Below, piece after piece: positions 17,685 to 28,438 of a stretch of 64,000 nt of DNA. The notes under the pieces were generated by a model that saw only the letters and a program-made list of their open reading frames with translations, was not told the DNA's origin and did not search any database. Each line of letters starts with the position of its first letter. Position 1 is the stretch's first letter. The translations under genes were made by a program, and so were the position numbers. Source of the DNA: Methanobacteriota archaeon (GTDB lineage Archaea; Thermoplasmatota; Poseidoniia; Poseidoniales; Poseidoniaceae); assembly GCA_002722615.1 (NCBI GenBank), contig PBMQ01000035.1:2460-66459 (forward strand). The letters run 5' to 3'.

Positions 17685-19496
17685 ATGCAAACAGTCGGTG
17701 GTTTCATGACGAAACCCCGGTCTGGTAGAAATATGCTCTGGGGCGATGTCGAGGAGGCCATTAAATCCGAGCGATTGCTACGTATACAGAGAATCGAGCG
17801 ATTGAGTACGATCTGTGCTTTGTTTTGTTTGACTGGTGCTATCTGGTTGGCTTGGCCAGTTCTCAAAGACGCGTTTGTTGGTGATGCAAGCCTATTAACA
17901 GGTCTTGGCATGCCGGTTCTCGTCTTATTATGGGGCATCGTTATTCAGGATTTGATTCTCGATGATCCTCGAGCTCGGACAAGAATTGGGGCTGCTTCCA
18001 GTGTTGTATGGCCCGTGTTGTTGATGTTTGCTTTACGAGCATATTCCTCCGATGTAACCGACATTGTTGCAACACTAATGTTTGCAGGATTGGGTGTTGC
18101 CATGTATCAATCTTCAGCCAACACCCTTCGAGGCGGAATCGATGTGATGCGCTTCCGAGCCATGATGACCGCAATAGGAGCATTAACCGTACTTGGAATG
18201 CTCGTTGGAGACAGGGCAGGAGAAACTTGGATTCAAGAGCCGGAGGATTGGGCTCATCCTATCCTTTCAGGCATCGTTCTCATCCATGTAGCATATCTCT
18301 GGATAGCAGGTGACGATATGCGTGAAGAACGCAAGGCATTCCGTCAAGAATTGGATGCAATTGAAAACCGTCTTCTCGTCCTTCGTTCACAAGGTGCTGC
18401 TGTCGATCAAGCCAGCAGTCTTGTCATGACTGCAAAGGAGGAAGGTCATATCGACCCGTCGTTTGGTATGCGACTTCTCAATGAAGCAACAGAAGATATC
18501 AACCGTTCACTCTCCCTAGCAACAGATGTTGATGTGGTCCGAAATGAGGCTCTCCTTGTTATTCAACACGCAGAAGACTTGGCTCCTCTTGTGAAGCGAC
18601 CTCGTAAATCCTACGAAATGGGAGAACGAGAAGTGTCGCTAGGTTCATTGCGAGAGGCAGAGGGTCTTTTCCGTCAAGCCAAACGTCGAGCGTCAGAAAT
18701 CGTAACCTGGTGGGCTCAAGCCGAGGAAGCCATCCAAAACGCCGAAGAATTGCTAACAGGTAAGTCTGGAGCGACCATTGAAAACCTACGTCAGATTATA
18801 CGAGATGCCAAGAAACAACTCGGCCGAGAAGCTCCCAAGAAGGCCTTTGAGTTGGCCATTGTTATTCCGATTCAATTGCAGGCAGATGGAGACGCACGTG
18901 AACGTGCTGTTGAAGTCCTCAGCGATGCGGCCAAAGCACTCAAAGCAGCAGATGGATTTGATACATCTGAACTGTCACATCGACTTGAGCAAGCGGAATC
19001 AGCCCTTGATGCAGGCGATACGGGCCAATCAATCGGCCTAGCAGAAGGCGTGATTCGAGTCATTCAAGTCGAACGTGAAGCGATGGAAAGTGTCCGACGA
19101 GCACTGCGTCAACGAAAGAAAATCACCGAACGTTTCGAAGCATTCGAAGATTCAGAATCATGGATGAACCGTTTCAAATTGGTACAAAAGGCAGCAGATG
19201 AACGACAATGGAGTCATGCTGCAACACTTCTTGAACGATTGACTATCGATCTCGATGCACTCGGTAACGAGCAGGATGAGACTCAAGCCCTCCTTGATTT
19301 CGTTCGTCAAGAGTGGTCTGTTTTGAGGAACCAATGCAACGCATCAAGCATCCCAGTCTCTGATGAGGACATGAAGCAAACTGAGGCATCCATTGCCCTC
19401 GCTGAAGGGCGACTCAAAGGTGGCCAGGTTGAAGCAGCGCTAGAACAACTCGGTCAAGCAGATGCTTCAATGGAACGACTACGAAGGCGTGTCTGA
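17685..19496 (+). CDS. Membrane protein with ~390-aa C-terminal helical-repeat domain, unknown function
   Basis: About six TM helices in the first ~215 aa. The rest is Ala/Glu/Leu-rich with a recurring E.A[LI]..AE..L..G-like unit (AEEAIQNAEELLTGK, LEQAESALDAGDTGQ, TEASIALAEGRLKGGQ). The ORF opens at a TTG (17670); first ATG at 17685. Confidence 0.5.
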   Translation: MQTVGGFMTKPRSGRNMLWGDVEEAIKSERLLRIQRIERLSTICALFCLTGAIWLAWPVLKDAFVGDASLLTGLGMPVLVLLWGIVIQDLILDDPRARTRIGAASSVVWPVLLMFALRAYSSDVTDIVATLMFAGLGVAMYQSSANTLRGGIDVMRFRAMMTAIGALTVLGMLVGDRAGETWIQEPEDWAHPILSGIVLIHVAYLWIAGDDMREERKAFRQELDAIENRLLVLRSQGAAVDQASSLVMTAKEEGHIDPSFGMRLLNEATEDINRSLSLATDVDVVRNEALLVIQHAEDLAPLVKRPRKSYEMGEREVSLGSLREAEGLFRQAKRRASEIVTWWAQAEEAIQNAEELLTGKSGATIENLRQIIRDAKKQLGREAPKKAFELAIVIPIQLQADGDARERAVEVLSDAAKALKAADGFDTSELSHRLEQAESALDAGDTGQSIGLAEGVIRVIQVEREAMESVRRALRQRKKITERFEAFEDSESWMNRFKLVQKAADERQWSHAATLLERLTIDLDALGNEQDETQALLDFVRQEWSVLRNQCNASSIPVSDEDMKQTEASIALAEGRLKGGQVEAALEQLGQADASMERLRRRV

Positions 19497-22055
19497 TTAC
19501 ACCAGTTTTCTTCGAATCAAATCGTCAATGTTGATTCCACTAGGTAAACCAAGATCGACTGGCATACCAGCAATGGTCGTTATCACTCCATAGAGATGCA
19601 AATAGAGTCCGAGAGGTGCCTGATGTTCTCCATTGTATGGAATTTTCTTCCACAGGTTGGATTTGCTGAAGTATTTCGAAACAGACTGATTCTGTGAGTG
19701 AACAATCCATGCATTCGCACGTCCTGCATGCCTCCTGGATTGTGTTGATCCAAGTCGAGGAGAGATGTGAACGGTGTGAAGAATCGGCCATTCACGCATC
19801 CAATCCCCTTCAGAATCAATGAGCATGGTCATCTTTGTTGGTTCCGTTGCCATAGCGTCCAAGAGGCCTAGTTCGTTGAGAATTCGTATTAATGATCGTA
19901 CGTGTGGGTGACGTGGTTCTTTCACACGCAAGTCTCGGCCAATCCGGACAGCGGTATTTGGCCGATTTGCATCTAGATGCAACAATGCAGTCACAACTCG
20001 TCCTTGCGTCCATGTCGAAGTCGGTAAGTCGTCATTGGTTTCATGTTGTTTTATGAATCCTTCAAGCATCGAGAGTGCCTCTTCGCTTCGACCATCCAAT
20101 CGCATGCGTGCACAATCTCCAAGCAACATGAGACGGTCAGCAGGTTTGTTCCGATATTTTGTGCTGCTCTGAGGTTCTCCTTTTGCAGTTCGGCGAATGA
20201 GGTCGATGTTTCTGCGTGTGATTGGATCAATACTCAAAACAGGTTGTGAGGTCTCTGGAACGATTCTCTTCGAATCGAGAACTGCCGAAAACCATTGCAG
20301 ACGAGCAGCTTCAACATCGCTCTTATTCAAAAGAGCAAGCCGAGGAGCTGCTTCGGGTAGATCACGTTGGCAAAGACTTGCAGCGGCAAGAATCAATCGA
20401 GCCACTTGAGCATCACGTCCAGTTTGCAGAGCCAGTAAAGAAACTGCATTTTCTTCAGCCTCCTCCCAGCGGTTTAATCCAGCAAACAACTGCATTTTTG
20501 CTCCAGTTTGACGAAGCAAATCCAGTCCTTGGGTCGATTCTTCAGTTGGATTCAAGATATCATCGTAGTGTTCAATCGCTCGAGTCCACAGGTCTTTGCC
20601 GATAAGTTCTGTAATAGGACGTTGTTTGAGATAAATCATGTCCTCCATCTGTGTTAGCATCTGGCGTTGCTCGCTGATGCTTGCATCAAAGGAGATGTCG
20701 TCGAGTTTTGAGCCAACTTGAAGCGATGTCAACCAAATCAGCAAGAAACAGATTTGTCCTCCAGATGCCAACATCCATGTCAGTTCTTCCATAGCATCTT
20801 TTTCGACGTAGGAGCACAATGTATTCTCCCAGTCGCCACAGGCTGCTCCTTGAGGAAGGAAACTTGAATCCCAGAATGTGATCATTGCCAAGGCAAGTAG
20901 AAGCATGGATTGCCCTGCAAAACCAGTGAAACAAAAGTTCAGAACTTTGGCTTGTTGACTACGCTCCGCCCGTAGCAATCGACTATCTGCGAGACGAATA
21001 CCACCTCGGCCTGATACATCCTGAACGTCCAAGAAAAGAATCCGGGCAACTTCATAAACGAACAGGAAACCAACCAAAGCAACGTTGAGAAGAAGGAACA
21101 AGAGAATCGACGTAACCAATGGGACTCGCAACCCAGGGTCAGGGATGTTTGAGAACAATTCAATGAGGAAGAATCCAAGAATACCACCCTCTTCCATGAT
21201 GGTTGCTTGTTCTCGATATTCCTCAAGGCCAATCACTTGGTCGGAATGTGTGAACAATTCTGGAGAAACAACGATGGCAATCAGGGATAACAGCGTATTG
21301 ATCGCAACAACTGGCATTGCAAGCGTATTCAGATGAACAATTCGTGCAATGACCTGTTGCCGTGCATTGGGTGAATGATTGTGAAACGGTGAAGCCTTAC
21401 CCTGCGCAATTTGCGCAGAAGACTGACGCAGAGCTTGCCATGACGTTCCCATCACACGTCCGTAGGCCACAATCGAAGGTGAGAATGCAAGCAGAAGTGT
21501 AGCACTCAATCGATGCGTAAAGGCGACATCCCAAGTTCCTAGGGCGGAGTAGAAAAATGCGACACCGATGAACCAAAAAACGGTCAGTGCAATGTATGCG
21601 GTGTTTCTTGCACTACTCGATTCCTGCAACTTTGCTTTCCCTTGCCCAATTGGTTTGATGATTTGTGCTCCAAGCGAGGAACCCGAAGAAATCACTGCAG
21701 GAAGAATGATCAGGATGAGTGCCAGTGCAATGTTTGGTGCATGGAATCCATCACTCCAACCCTGTGCATAGATAGTGTATTCAAAGAACAACAAAAGCGC
21801 TCCAGTAAGTGCAAAAAGATAGGTTGCAACACCAAAACGCATCCCTCGACTGCGAAGTAGGTCGCGTGCTTCACCGAATGATTCGGTTACCGTATGGACC
21901 TCATATCGCTTGGGTCCTGTTTCGAATGCGACCTGTAAACCTCGCAATTGGCGAGGGACAACAGTTCTCCAGAACAAAAGAGCAATGACTGCTGCAAGAA
22001 TCAATGGAAGGACAGCAATTGAGGCAAAACCCTCAACAATCACTGGTCCAGTCAT
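19497..22055 (-). CDS. Large polytopic membrane protein with C-terminal TPR-like helical domain, unknown function
   Basis: 852 aa. At least 10 hydrophobic helices in the first ~440 aa, then a helical-repeat-like region (NRWEEAEENAVSLLALQTGRDAQVARLILAAASL...). ATAAAA box 23-28 nt upstream of the ATG. No AglB WWDYG motif. Confidence 0.5.
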   Translation of the reverse strand: MTGPVIVEGFASIAVLPLILAAVIALLFWRTVVPRQLRGLQVAFETGPKRYEVHTVTESFGEARDLLRSRGMRFGVATYLFALTGALLLFFEYTIYAQGWSDGFHAPNIALALILIILPAVISSGSSLGAQIIKPIGQGKAKLQESSSARNTAYIALTVFWFIGVAFFYSALGTWDVAFTHRLSATLLLAFSPSIVAYGRVMGTSWQALRQSSAQIAQGKASPFHNHSPNARQQVIARIVHLNTLAMPVVAINTLLSLIAIVVSPELFTHSDQVIGLEEYREQATIMEEGGILGFFLIELFSNIPDPGLRVPLVTSILLFLLLNVALVGFLFVYEVARILFLDVQDVSGRGGIRLADSRLLRAERSQQAKVLNFCFTGFAGQSMLLLALAMITFWDSSFLPQGAACGDWENTLCSYVEKDAMEELTWMLASGGQICFLLIWLTSLQVGSKLDDISFDASISEQRQMLTQMEDMIYLKQRPITELIGKDLWTRAIEHYDDILNPTEESTQGLDLLRQTGAKMQLFAGLNRWEEAEENAVSLLALQTGRDAQVARLILAAASLCQRDLPEAAPRLALLNKSDVEAARLQWFSAVLDSKRIVPETSQPVLSIDPITRRNIDLIRRTAKGEPQSSTKYRNKPADRLMLLGDCARMRLDGRSEEALSMLEGFIKQHETNDDLPTSTWTQGRVVTALLHLDANRPNTAVRIGRDLRVKEPRHPHVRSLIRILNELGLLDAMATEPTKMTMLIDSEGDWMREWPILHTVHISPRLGSTQSRRHAGRANAWIVHSQNQSVSKYFSKSNLWKKIPYNGEHQAPLGLYLHLYGVITTIAGMPVDLGLPSGINIDDLIRRKLV

Positions 22056-22111
22056 ACTTTTCCCACGTGTTGCTTCCTTTTATGAGATGCGAATGGATAC
22101 TGCAAAGGAAC

Positions 22112-24139
22112 TCAGTTTTCCTGAGGTTCTGGTACCAACCCGGGCTCTGCAATCTTGTCATCGATTTCCTTGGTAAGTTCGTTGATGAATTGTTCGAGTG
22201 GAATGTCAGACACTTGGGCTCCTGTTCTCGAACGAAGAGAGACACAATTGCTGTTCATTTCACCATCACCAAGAATCATCAGGTATGCGGGACGCATCTT
22301 CCGATGTGTTCGAATCTTCTTTCCGATGGTATCGTCACCATCGTCAATTTTCACGCGTACACCTCTGTCCTTTAATTGCTCAGCAACATTCGATGCATAC
22401 TGTTTATGCTTTTCAGAAATGGTCAAAATGTGTACTTGCGTTGGCGACAACCATGTCGGGAATTTCCCTGCAAAGTGCTCGATGAGAACTCCACAAAATC
22501 GTTCCATAGAACCGAATGGCGCGCGATGAATCATGACAGGGCGATGGTTCTCTCCATCGCTCCCTTTGTACCAAAGGTCGAAACGCTCGGGGAGATTGTA
22601 GTCTACTTGGACAGTTCCAAGTTGCCATTCGCGACCTATCACGTCCTTGACAACAAAGTCAATTTTTGGCCCATAAAATGCGGCTTCTCCTTCTTCTTCT
22701 GACCAATTAACTCCAAGTTTGGCTGCAGCTGAGCGACATGCTTCTTCAGCCCGATCCCATCGATCCGATTCGCCCACGTACTTGTCGCTGTTTGGGTCAC
22801 GCAATCCAACACGTACGCGATAATCGTGCATGCCTAAGACATCAAAGATGGTTTGAACCAATTCGATGCAACCCATGACTTCATCGCCAATTTGGTCTTC
22901 GGTGACGAACAAATGGGCATCGTCCTGTGTGAATCCTCGCACACGAGTCATTCCAGATATCTCACCGGACTGTTCCCACCTGTATACGGTTCCAAATTCT
23001 GCCAATCGTAGGGGAAGGTCTCGATAGGATCGTGCTTGAGAGGCATAGATCTTAACGTGGTGCGGGCAGTTCATTGGTTTGAGCATGTATCCGTCGATAT
23101 CTCCAGTGCTCATCATGTTCGATAATTCAGAACAGGAACATCCCTCATCAGCGAGCTTCTTCATCAAATCGCGTTCAACCAGCGGTGGATATTGACTGTC
23201 TTGATAGTAAGGGAAGTGTCCCGAGGTACGGTACAAATCCAATTTCCCGATGTGTGGAGTAAAGACCTGGTCGTAACCCTGTCGTCGCAAGTGGTGTGAA
23301 ATAAAATCCTGTAATTGCTGTCGTACAATGGCTCCACGAGGTGTCCAGAGGATGAGTCCTTGACCGACTTCTTCATCCACATGGAAAAGTTGCAAATCTT
23401 TGCCAAGTTTTCGATGGTCGCGAAGTTTTGCTTGTTCCATACGATGTAGGGTTGCCTTCAGTGCTTCCTTTGTCGGCTCAACGATGCCATAGATGCGAAC
23501 CAATTGTTCTCGAGATTGATCTCCTCGCCAGTATGCTGAGGAGACGGACGTGAGCCGACTGAACATTAATTTTGCAGTGCTCGAAACGTGCGGTCCAAGA
23601 CAAAGGTCGTACCATTCACCTTGCTTGTAAATGGTTGAACCATCCCCATCCTCCAACTTGTCTTCTATGATTTCAATCTTATACGGATTTGATGTGAAAT
23701 GGTCGCGAAGTTCTTGATCATCCAATTCAACACGTTCAACCTTGAGATTTCGTCGAGCAATTTCATGCATCTTCTTCTCGATAGGTTTGAGGTCGCTCTC
23801 ACCGATCGGTTCCATTGCAAAATCGTAGTAGAATCCACGGTCGATAGGAGGGCCGATGGTTGGCTTCGCATCGGGATATAACTCTATGACGGCCTGTGCT
23901 AGAAGGTGTGCCGCACTATGGCGAAGGATGTACATCCCTTCATCACTTTCTGCTCGAATGCCCTCAACATTGCAATCATTGGTGAGCGGTGTGGAGAGGT
24001 CTTTCTCAACATCGTTGATTCGTGCGGCTAGACAGCCATGCTTCTTACCAAGTGCATCAACCACGACTTCACCAGCAGTAACGCCTGCGGCATATTCGTT
24101 GATTGTTCCATCAGGAAGGGTAACGTGGACCATTGTCAT
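22112..24139 (-). CDS. thrS: Threonine--tRNA ligase (bacterial-type N-terminal TGS + second additional domain)
   Basis: MVHVTLPDGT TGS start. HSAAHLLAQA editing-domain HxxxH. Class II core including HRPVMIHRAPFGSMERF. Anticodon-binding tail. Confidence 0.95.
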   Translation of the reverse strand: MTMVHVTLPDGTINEYAAGVTAGEVVVDALGKKHGCLAARINDVEKDLSTPLTNDCNVEGIRAESDEGMYILRHSAAHLLAQAVIELYPDAKPTIGPPIDRGFYYDFAMEPIGESDLKPIEKKMHEIARRNLKVERVELDDQELRDHFTSNPYKIEIIEDKLEDGDGSTIYKQGEWYDLCLGPHVSSTAKLMFSRLTSVSSAYWRGDQSREQLVRIYGIVEPTKEALKATLHRMEQAKLRDHRKLGKDLQLFHVDEEVGQGLILWTPRGAIVRQQLQDFISHHLRRQGYDQVFTPHIGKLDLYRTSGHFPYYQDSQYPPLVERDLMKKLADEGCSCSELSNMMSTGDIDGYMLKPMNCPHHVKIYASQARSYRDLPLRLAEFGTVYRWEQSGEISGMTRVRGFTQDDAHLFVTEDQIGDEVMGCIELVQTIFDVLGMHDYRVRVGLRDPNSDKYVGESDRWDRAEEACRSAAAKLGVNWSEEEGEAAFYGPKIDFVVKDVIGREWQLGTVQVDYNLPERFDLWYKGSDGENHRPVMIHRAPFGSMERFCGVLIEHFAGKFPTWLSPTQVHILTISEKHKQYASNVAEQLKDRGVRVKIDDGDDTIGKKIRTHRKMRPAYLMILGDGEMNSNCVSLRSRTGAQVSDIPLEQFINELTKEIDDKIAEPGLVPEPQEN

Positions 24140-24195
24140 AGGGACGCCTCTTACCTACGCCTCGACGGTCCTGTTCATGAATGCGACGCTTGAAA

Positions 24196-24492
24196 TTACC
24201 AGTCAACGCTGATGTCATCATCTAAACCTTGACTCGGTTTGTCGAGAATGACTTGCTTCTTCGCGACTTCTTCAGGTTCTTTTTTCTTCGATTTTACAAC
24301 AAAGGTTTCAGGCGTTTTCACTTCTCCGAGTTTGAATCCAAATTGTGGTTTCGGTGGTTCAGATGTGGGTGTTTCAGGAGTGGGTTGTTCAGTGATGGGT
24401 TCAGATACTGTTTCGCCTTTCCCCATCTCCTTCAGACTTGCTTGCATGATTTCATCGAGATCAATCTCGTCAGGTTCTGATCGCTTGACCAT
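24196..24492 (-). CDS. Small acidic/Lys-Pro-rich protein, probably disordered, unknown function
   Basis: 98-aa ORF with an ATG start. PE/PT/K-rich low-complexity centre. C-terminus LDDDISVDW. Confidence 0.4.
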   Translation of the reverse strand: MVKRSEPDEIDLDEIMQASLKEMGKGETVSEPITEQPTPETPTSEPPKPQFGFKLGEVKTPETFVVKSKKKEPEEVAKKQVILDKPSQGLDDDISVDW

Positions 24493-24588
24493 GATTCTCC
24501 ATTGACAGCAACCACATCAAAACATCGGTGAACTGATTCCACAAGGTCGTGTGCAATCCTTGAAATGAAATCGGAGCCAGGTGAAACC

Positions 24589-25725
24589 ATGCGAATTGGT
24601 ATCATCGTCAATCCCGATGCAGGACTTGGTGGCCGGTTGGGCTTCAAGGGAAGTGACGGTCGGGCCAAAGAAGCAAGGGAAGCTGGTGCAGTTGACCGTT
24701 CAGGCCCTCGTATGCAACAATGCATTACAAAATTCATTGACTTACAACAGTCCAGTCTGAATCGAATGGGCGTCATGCCCACCTTTGTTGCATGGACAGG
24801 CCGTATGGGTGGTGACTGGTTGGATGGTATCGACTACGAGCAACGTCAACCCTCTCCATCAGAATCAACTGCTGACGATACTGCTGCACTTGTGCACGAT
24901 TTAATTTCAGCCAAAGTGGATGCAATTCTCTATGCTGGAGGGGATGGAACCACCCGAGACGTTGTTCATGCTCTCGGTGAGAATGAAACTCCACTTATTG
25001 GGGTTCCTGCAGGTGTAAAAATGCATTCAGGTTGTTTTGCAACAACTCCAAATGCGGCCGCAGAAGTCCTCCTTGCATTCCTTCAAGGCGATTTGATGGT
25101 CGCAATCACCGAGGTAATGGATCTTGATGAGGAGATTTACCAACGGGGTGAGTGGAAAGTTCGAATGTATGGCGAAGCATGGACTCCTTCGAGTCCTCGA
25201 TACATGCAAGGGGCAAAGGAGCAAGTTGAACGAGCCAGCGAATCTGAAACCATTGAAGGGCTCGCCAATCACATTGGAAACCTCATTGAAGATGATCCCG
25301 AACTGATGGTGATTTGGGGGAGTGGAGGAACACTACGTCGAATGGGGGAGCATCTCGATGTGGAATTAACACTTCTTGGCATTGACATCCAGCACAAGGG
25401 AGAAGTTCACGCTGACTTGAATGAAGCCGATTTACTCAAGCATCTTGTCAACTATGAGGGACGGCGCTTGTTGCTTCTTTCCCCAATGGGTGGCCAGGGA
25501 TTCCTCATCGGGCGCGGTAACCTTCAACTCTCTCCAGATGTGTTGCGGACAATCGGACTTGATTCGATTCTTGGTGTTGCAACACCATCAAAATTGCTTG
25601 GACTATCGAGTGTTCGAATCGATACAGGTGATGTTTCTTTGGACGAAGAGTTTCAACAGCGTCGTTTCGTCAAACTGTTGCAAGGATATCGGACGACCCG
25701 GGTCATTCGGGTCCTCGAATCTTAA
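24589..25725 (+). CDS. ATP-NAD kinase-like protein (COG3199-type, DAGK/NAD kinase fold)
   Basis: [15 protein letters not shown] start and [11 protein letters not shown] motif. AGGTGA SD 4 nt before the ATG at 24589 (ORF open from 24565). Confidence 0.6.
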   Translation: MRIGIIVNPDAGLGGRLGFKGSDGRAKEAREAGAVDRSGPRMQQCITKFIDLQQSSLNRMGVMPTFVAWTGRMGGDWLDGIDYEQRQPSPSESTADDTAALVHDLISAKVDAILYAGGDGTTRDVVHALGENETPLIGVPAGVKMHSGCFATTPNAAAEVLLAFLQGDLMVAITEVMDLDEEIYQRGEWKVRMYGEAWTPSSPRYMQGAKEQVERASESETIEGLANHIGNLIEDDPELMVIWGSGGTLRRMGEHLDVELTLLGIDIQHKGEVHADLNEADLLKHLVNYEGRRLLLLSPMGGQGFLIGRGNLQLSPDVLRTIGLDSILGVATPSKLLGLSSVRIDTGDVSLDEEFQQRRFVKLLQGYRTTRVIRVLES

Positions 25726-27350
25726 GGCAATTCTTGTCCACTTGAAGCGAGAAGTAAACCAAGGAAAGGCGGACTAGGGCGGCCAGGTCTTGACTTGAAT
25801 TCAGGGTGATACTGGACGCCGACATAGTATGGATGCCCGTCCAATTCGAAGATTTCACAACGCTGCCCGCTCTCGTCTTTTCCAACGAATTTCAACCCAG
25901 CAGCTTCGATTTGATCCACGAGGTCTGGATTGATTTCATATCGGTGACGATGACGTTCATTGATGGAATCATGGCCACCATAGAGTCGCTTTGTAATGCA
26001 ATCATCAACTTGGAAGATGGTTGGACGTGAACCCAATCGCATCGTTCCTCCAAGATGTGTTTTCGAGATTTCTGGCATGAAGATGACCGCTGGATTGGCG
26101 GCATCTGCATCAAACTCGGTTGACGTTGCATCTTGAATTCCGAGAACGTTGCGACAGAATTCGATGGTTGCAACTTGAAGTCCAAGGCATATTCCAAGGT
26201 AAGGGACATTGTTTTCTCGAGCGTATTGTGCTGCCAAAACTTTGCCTTCGATACCTCGATCCCCGAAACCTCCTGGGACCAGAACGCCGTCGGCATTTCG
26301 GAGGTGTCCCCATGCAGTAGAGTTTGAAGCATCCTCTAGATCACTTGCTTCAATCCAATCGATGGTCAATTTGCGATCGACAGCAAGTGCAGCATGTTGA
26401 AGGGACTTAATGACAGAAAGGTAGGCATCCGAGAGGTCGGTGTACTTTCCAACCATGGCAATGTGAACGTCTTGCGTTAACTCATCGAGACGATGTGCCA
26501 TTGCTCTCCATTCTTCCAGAAGACCTGTTTTGTTGCAATCAATGTCGAGTATGTTGCAGAAACCTTGTTCTTCAAGCATGAGTGGAACGTGATAGATGTT
26601 CGGAACATCATGCGTCGAAAAGACTGCGTTTGGATGGACGTGGCAGAAAGCAGAAAGTTTCTCCCGGGTTTCATCGTTGAGCGGTTGACTAGATCTGCAA
26701 ACCAAGACATCGGGTGTAATTCCAAGTCCCATCAATTCCTTTACTGTGTGTTGTGTTGGTTTGGTCTTTTGTTCGCCAACAGGCCCCATAACTGGGACAA
26801 GCGATACGTGAACAAACGTAACATGTTCTCGACCGACACGGAACTGGAATTGGCGAAGTGCTTCAAGATAAGGTGCGCTTTCGATATCGCCAACAGTGCC
26901 ACCAAGTTCAATGATGCAAACTTCAGGCGTTTCTTCACTACCGTCAGCAGGCCTGTGAGCGACATCAATGATCCAATCTTGTACTGCATCGGTGATGTGT
27001 GGAATGACTTGAACGGTCTTGCCGAGATAGTCGCCACGTCGTTCTGCTTCGAGGACCTTCGAGAAGACTTTTCCAGTCGTAAGGTTGTTATCTCGAGCGA
27101 GATTGAGATCGAGGAAACGTTCGTAATTGCCAAGGTCCAAGTCGACTTCGCCACCGTCATCAAGAACGAAAACTTCTCCGTGTTCGAATGGACTCATTGT
27201 TCCAGCATCGCTGTTGAGATACGGGTCAATTTTGATGGAAGTGACTCGCAGCCCAGCACTCTTGAGGAGAACGCCGATGCTACTTGCAGTAACACCTTTG
27301 CCCAGTCCACTGAGCACTCCCCCGCTGACAATTACGTACTTCAAACCCAT
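25722..27350 (-). CDS. pyrG: CTP synthase
   Basis: [16 protein letters not shown]. GATase catalytic GICLGLQ. HRHRYE. The ORF extends to 27386; start set at MGLKYV. Confidence 0.95.
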   Translation of the reverse strand: MGLKYVIVSGGVLSGLGKGVTASSIGVLLKSAGLRVTSIKIDPYLNSDAGTMSPFEHGEVFVLDDGGEVDLDLGNYERFLDLNLARDNNLTTGKVFSKVLEAERRGDYLGKTVQVIPHITDAVQDWIIDVAHRPADGSEETPEVCIIELGGTVGDIESAPYLEALRQFQFRVGREHVTFVHVSLVPVMGPVGEQKTKPTQHTVKELMGLGITPDVLVCRSSQPLNDETREKLSAFCHVHPNAVFSTHDVPNIYHVPLMLEEQGFCNILDIDCNKTGLLEEWRAMAHRLDELTQDVHIAMVGKYTDLSDAYLSVIKSLQHAALAVDRKLTIDWIEASDLEDASNSTAWGHLRNADGVLVPGGFGDRGIEGKVLAAQYARENNVPYLGICLGLQVATIEFCRNVLGIQDATSTEFDADAANPAVIFMPEISKTHLGGTMRLGSRPTIFQVDDCITKRLYGGHDSINERHRHRYEINPDLVDQIEAAGLKFVGKDESGQRCEIFELDGHPYYVGVQYHPEFKSRPGRPSPPFLGLLLASSGQELP

Positions 27351-27452
27351 CAACGGGATTTCAAGCCGTCGCGCATACCATATCAATATTGGCTATGACG
27401 ATTGACTATGGTTGTGCTTTAATTTCAAGTAGCGTCAGAATTAGCCCAGTCT

Positions 27453-28409
27453 ATGTCGGAACCTACCGGGGACAGGATTTTGGTCACCGGAGCATTAGGA
27501 CAGATAGGAACAGAATTGGTTGAAGCGTTGAGGGAAAAACACGGTTCTTCCAGTGTAATAGCTTCAGACATCCGCAGCGAAGGTGACCACAAGTCAACCA
27601 GTCAAGGTCCATATGTTTCGCTTGATGTCTTGGATACCGATTCAATCATCGACGTTTGCATCGAAGAAAACATCGGTACTGTCTATCATTTAGCGGCATT
27701 ACTCTCTGCAACAGGTGAAAAGAACCCAGAACTCTGTCGTAAAGTGAATATTGGCGGAACAGAATCCGTTCTTGAGGCTGCAAAAATGTGTTCTTTACGT
27801 GTGTTCTCACCATCATCGATTGCAGTTTTTGGCCCAGATGCTCCGAAACATGCTCCGCAACTTGCAGAGCTTAACCCAACAACTGTCTATGGAGAGACAA
27901 AGGTGGTTGGTGAATCGTTAGCAAAAGACTACTGGAATAACCACGGTGTCGATGTTAGAGGTATTCGATATCCTGGTCTCATTTCATACAAAGCGCCTGC
28001 GGGTGGGGGTACGACGGATTATGCTGTTGAGATCTTTGATGCTGCATTGAACGAAGGCTACTACGAATGCTTCGTTCGACCGGACACCCGTTTGCCCATG
28101 CTGTACATGGATGATGCAATACGGGCGACATTGATGTTGATGGATGCACCGAGCAACACACTCGGGCCATCAAGAGGTGGATACAACATTGCTTGTCATT
28201 CCTTTACTGCCCAAGAATTGGTGGATGCTATAGCGATTGAAGTGGACGGTTTCAAATGCGATTTTGTTCCTGATGTGCGTCAGAAGTACGCTGATTCATG
28301 GCCAAATTCCATCGACGGATCTGTTGCTGAGGAAGAGTGGAACTGGGCACCAAAGTTTGGACTTAAGGAGACGGTGAAGGCAATGCTGAGTGGCCTTTCT
28401 AATCAATGA
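27453..28409 (+). CDS. tdh: SDR/epimerase-fold L-threonine 3-dehydrogenase-like protein
   Basis: ILVTGALGQIGTELVEALREKHG...VIASDI Rossmann start and overall resemblance to UDP-galactose-4-epimerase-like TDH. Substrate is an inference. Confidence 0.6.
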   Translation: MSEPTGDRILVTGALGQIGTELVEALREKHGSSSVIASDIRSEGDHKSTSQGPYVSLDVLDTDSIIDVCIEENIGTVYHLAALLSATGEKNPELCRKVNIGGTESVLEAAKMCSLRVFSPSSIAVFGPDAPKHAPQLAELNPTTVYGETKVVGESLAKDYWNNHGVDVRGIRYPGLISYKAPAGGGTTDYAVEIFDAALNEGYYECFVRPDTRLPMLYMDDAIRATLMLMDAPSNTLGPSRGGYNIACHSFTAQELVDAIAIEVDGFKCDFVPDVRQKYADSWPNSIDGSVAEEEWNWAPKFGLKETVKAMLSGLSNQ

Positions 28410-28438
28410 ACGTATCTTCCAACACCAAAGGTTTGGAG

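Noticed and set aside
19497-22055. Oligosaccharyltransferase AglB or GT-C glycosyltransferase
   Set aside because: The size and TM-rich N-terminus fit, but there is no WWDYG motif and no obvious acidic first-loop motif. Left as unknown.
26493-27398. 301-aa plus-strand ORF antisense to pyrG. Similar shadows: 32703..33569 (dnaK), 28787..29575 (HMGCS), 1300..1899 (sdhA), 8077..8619 and 6089..6628.
   Set aside because: All lie entirely within strongly supported genes on the other strand and show no recognisable motif or start signal.
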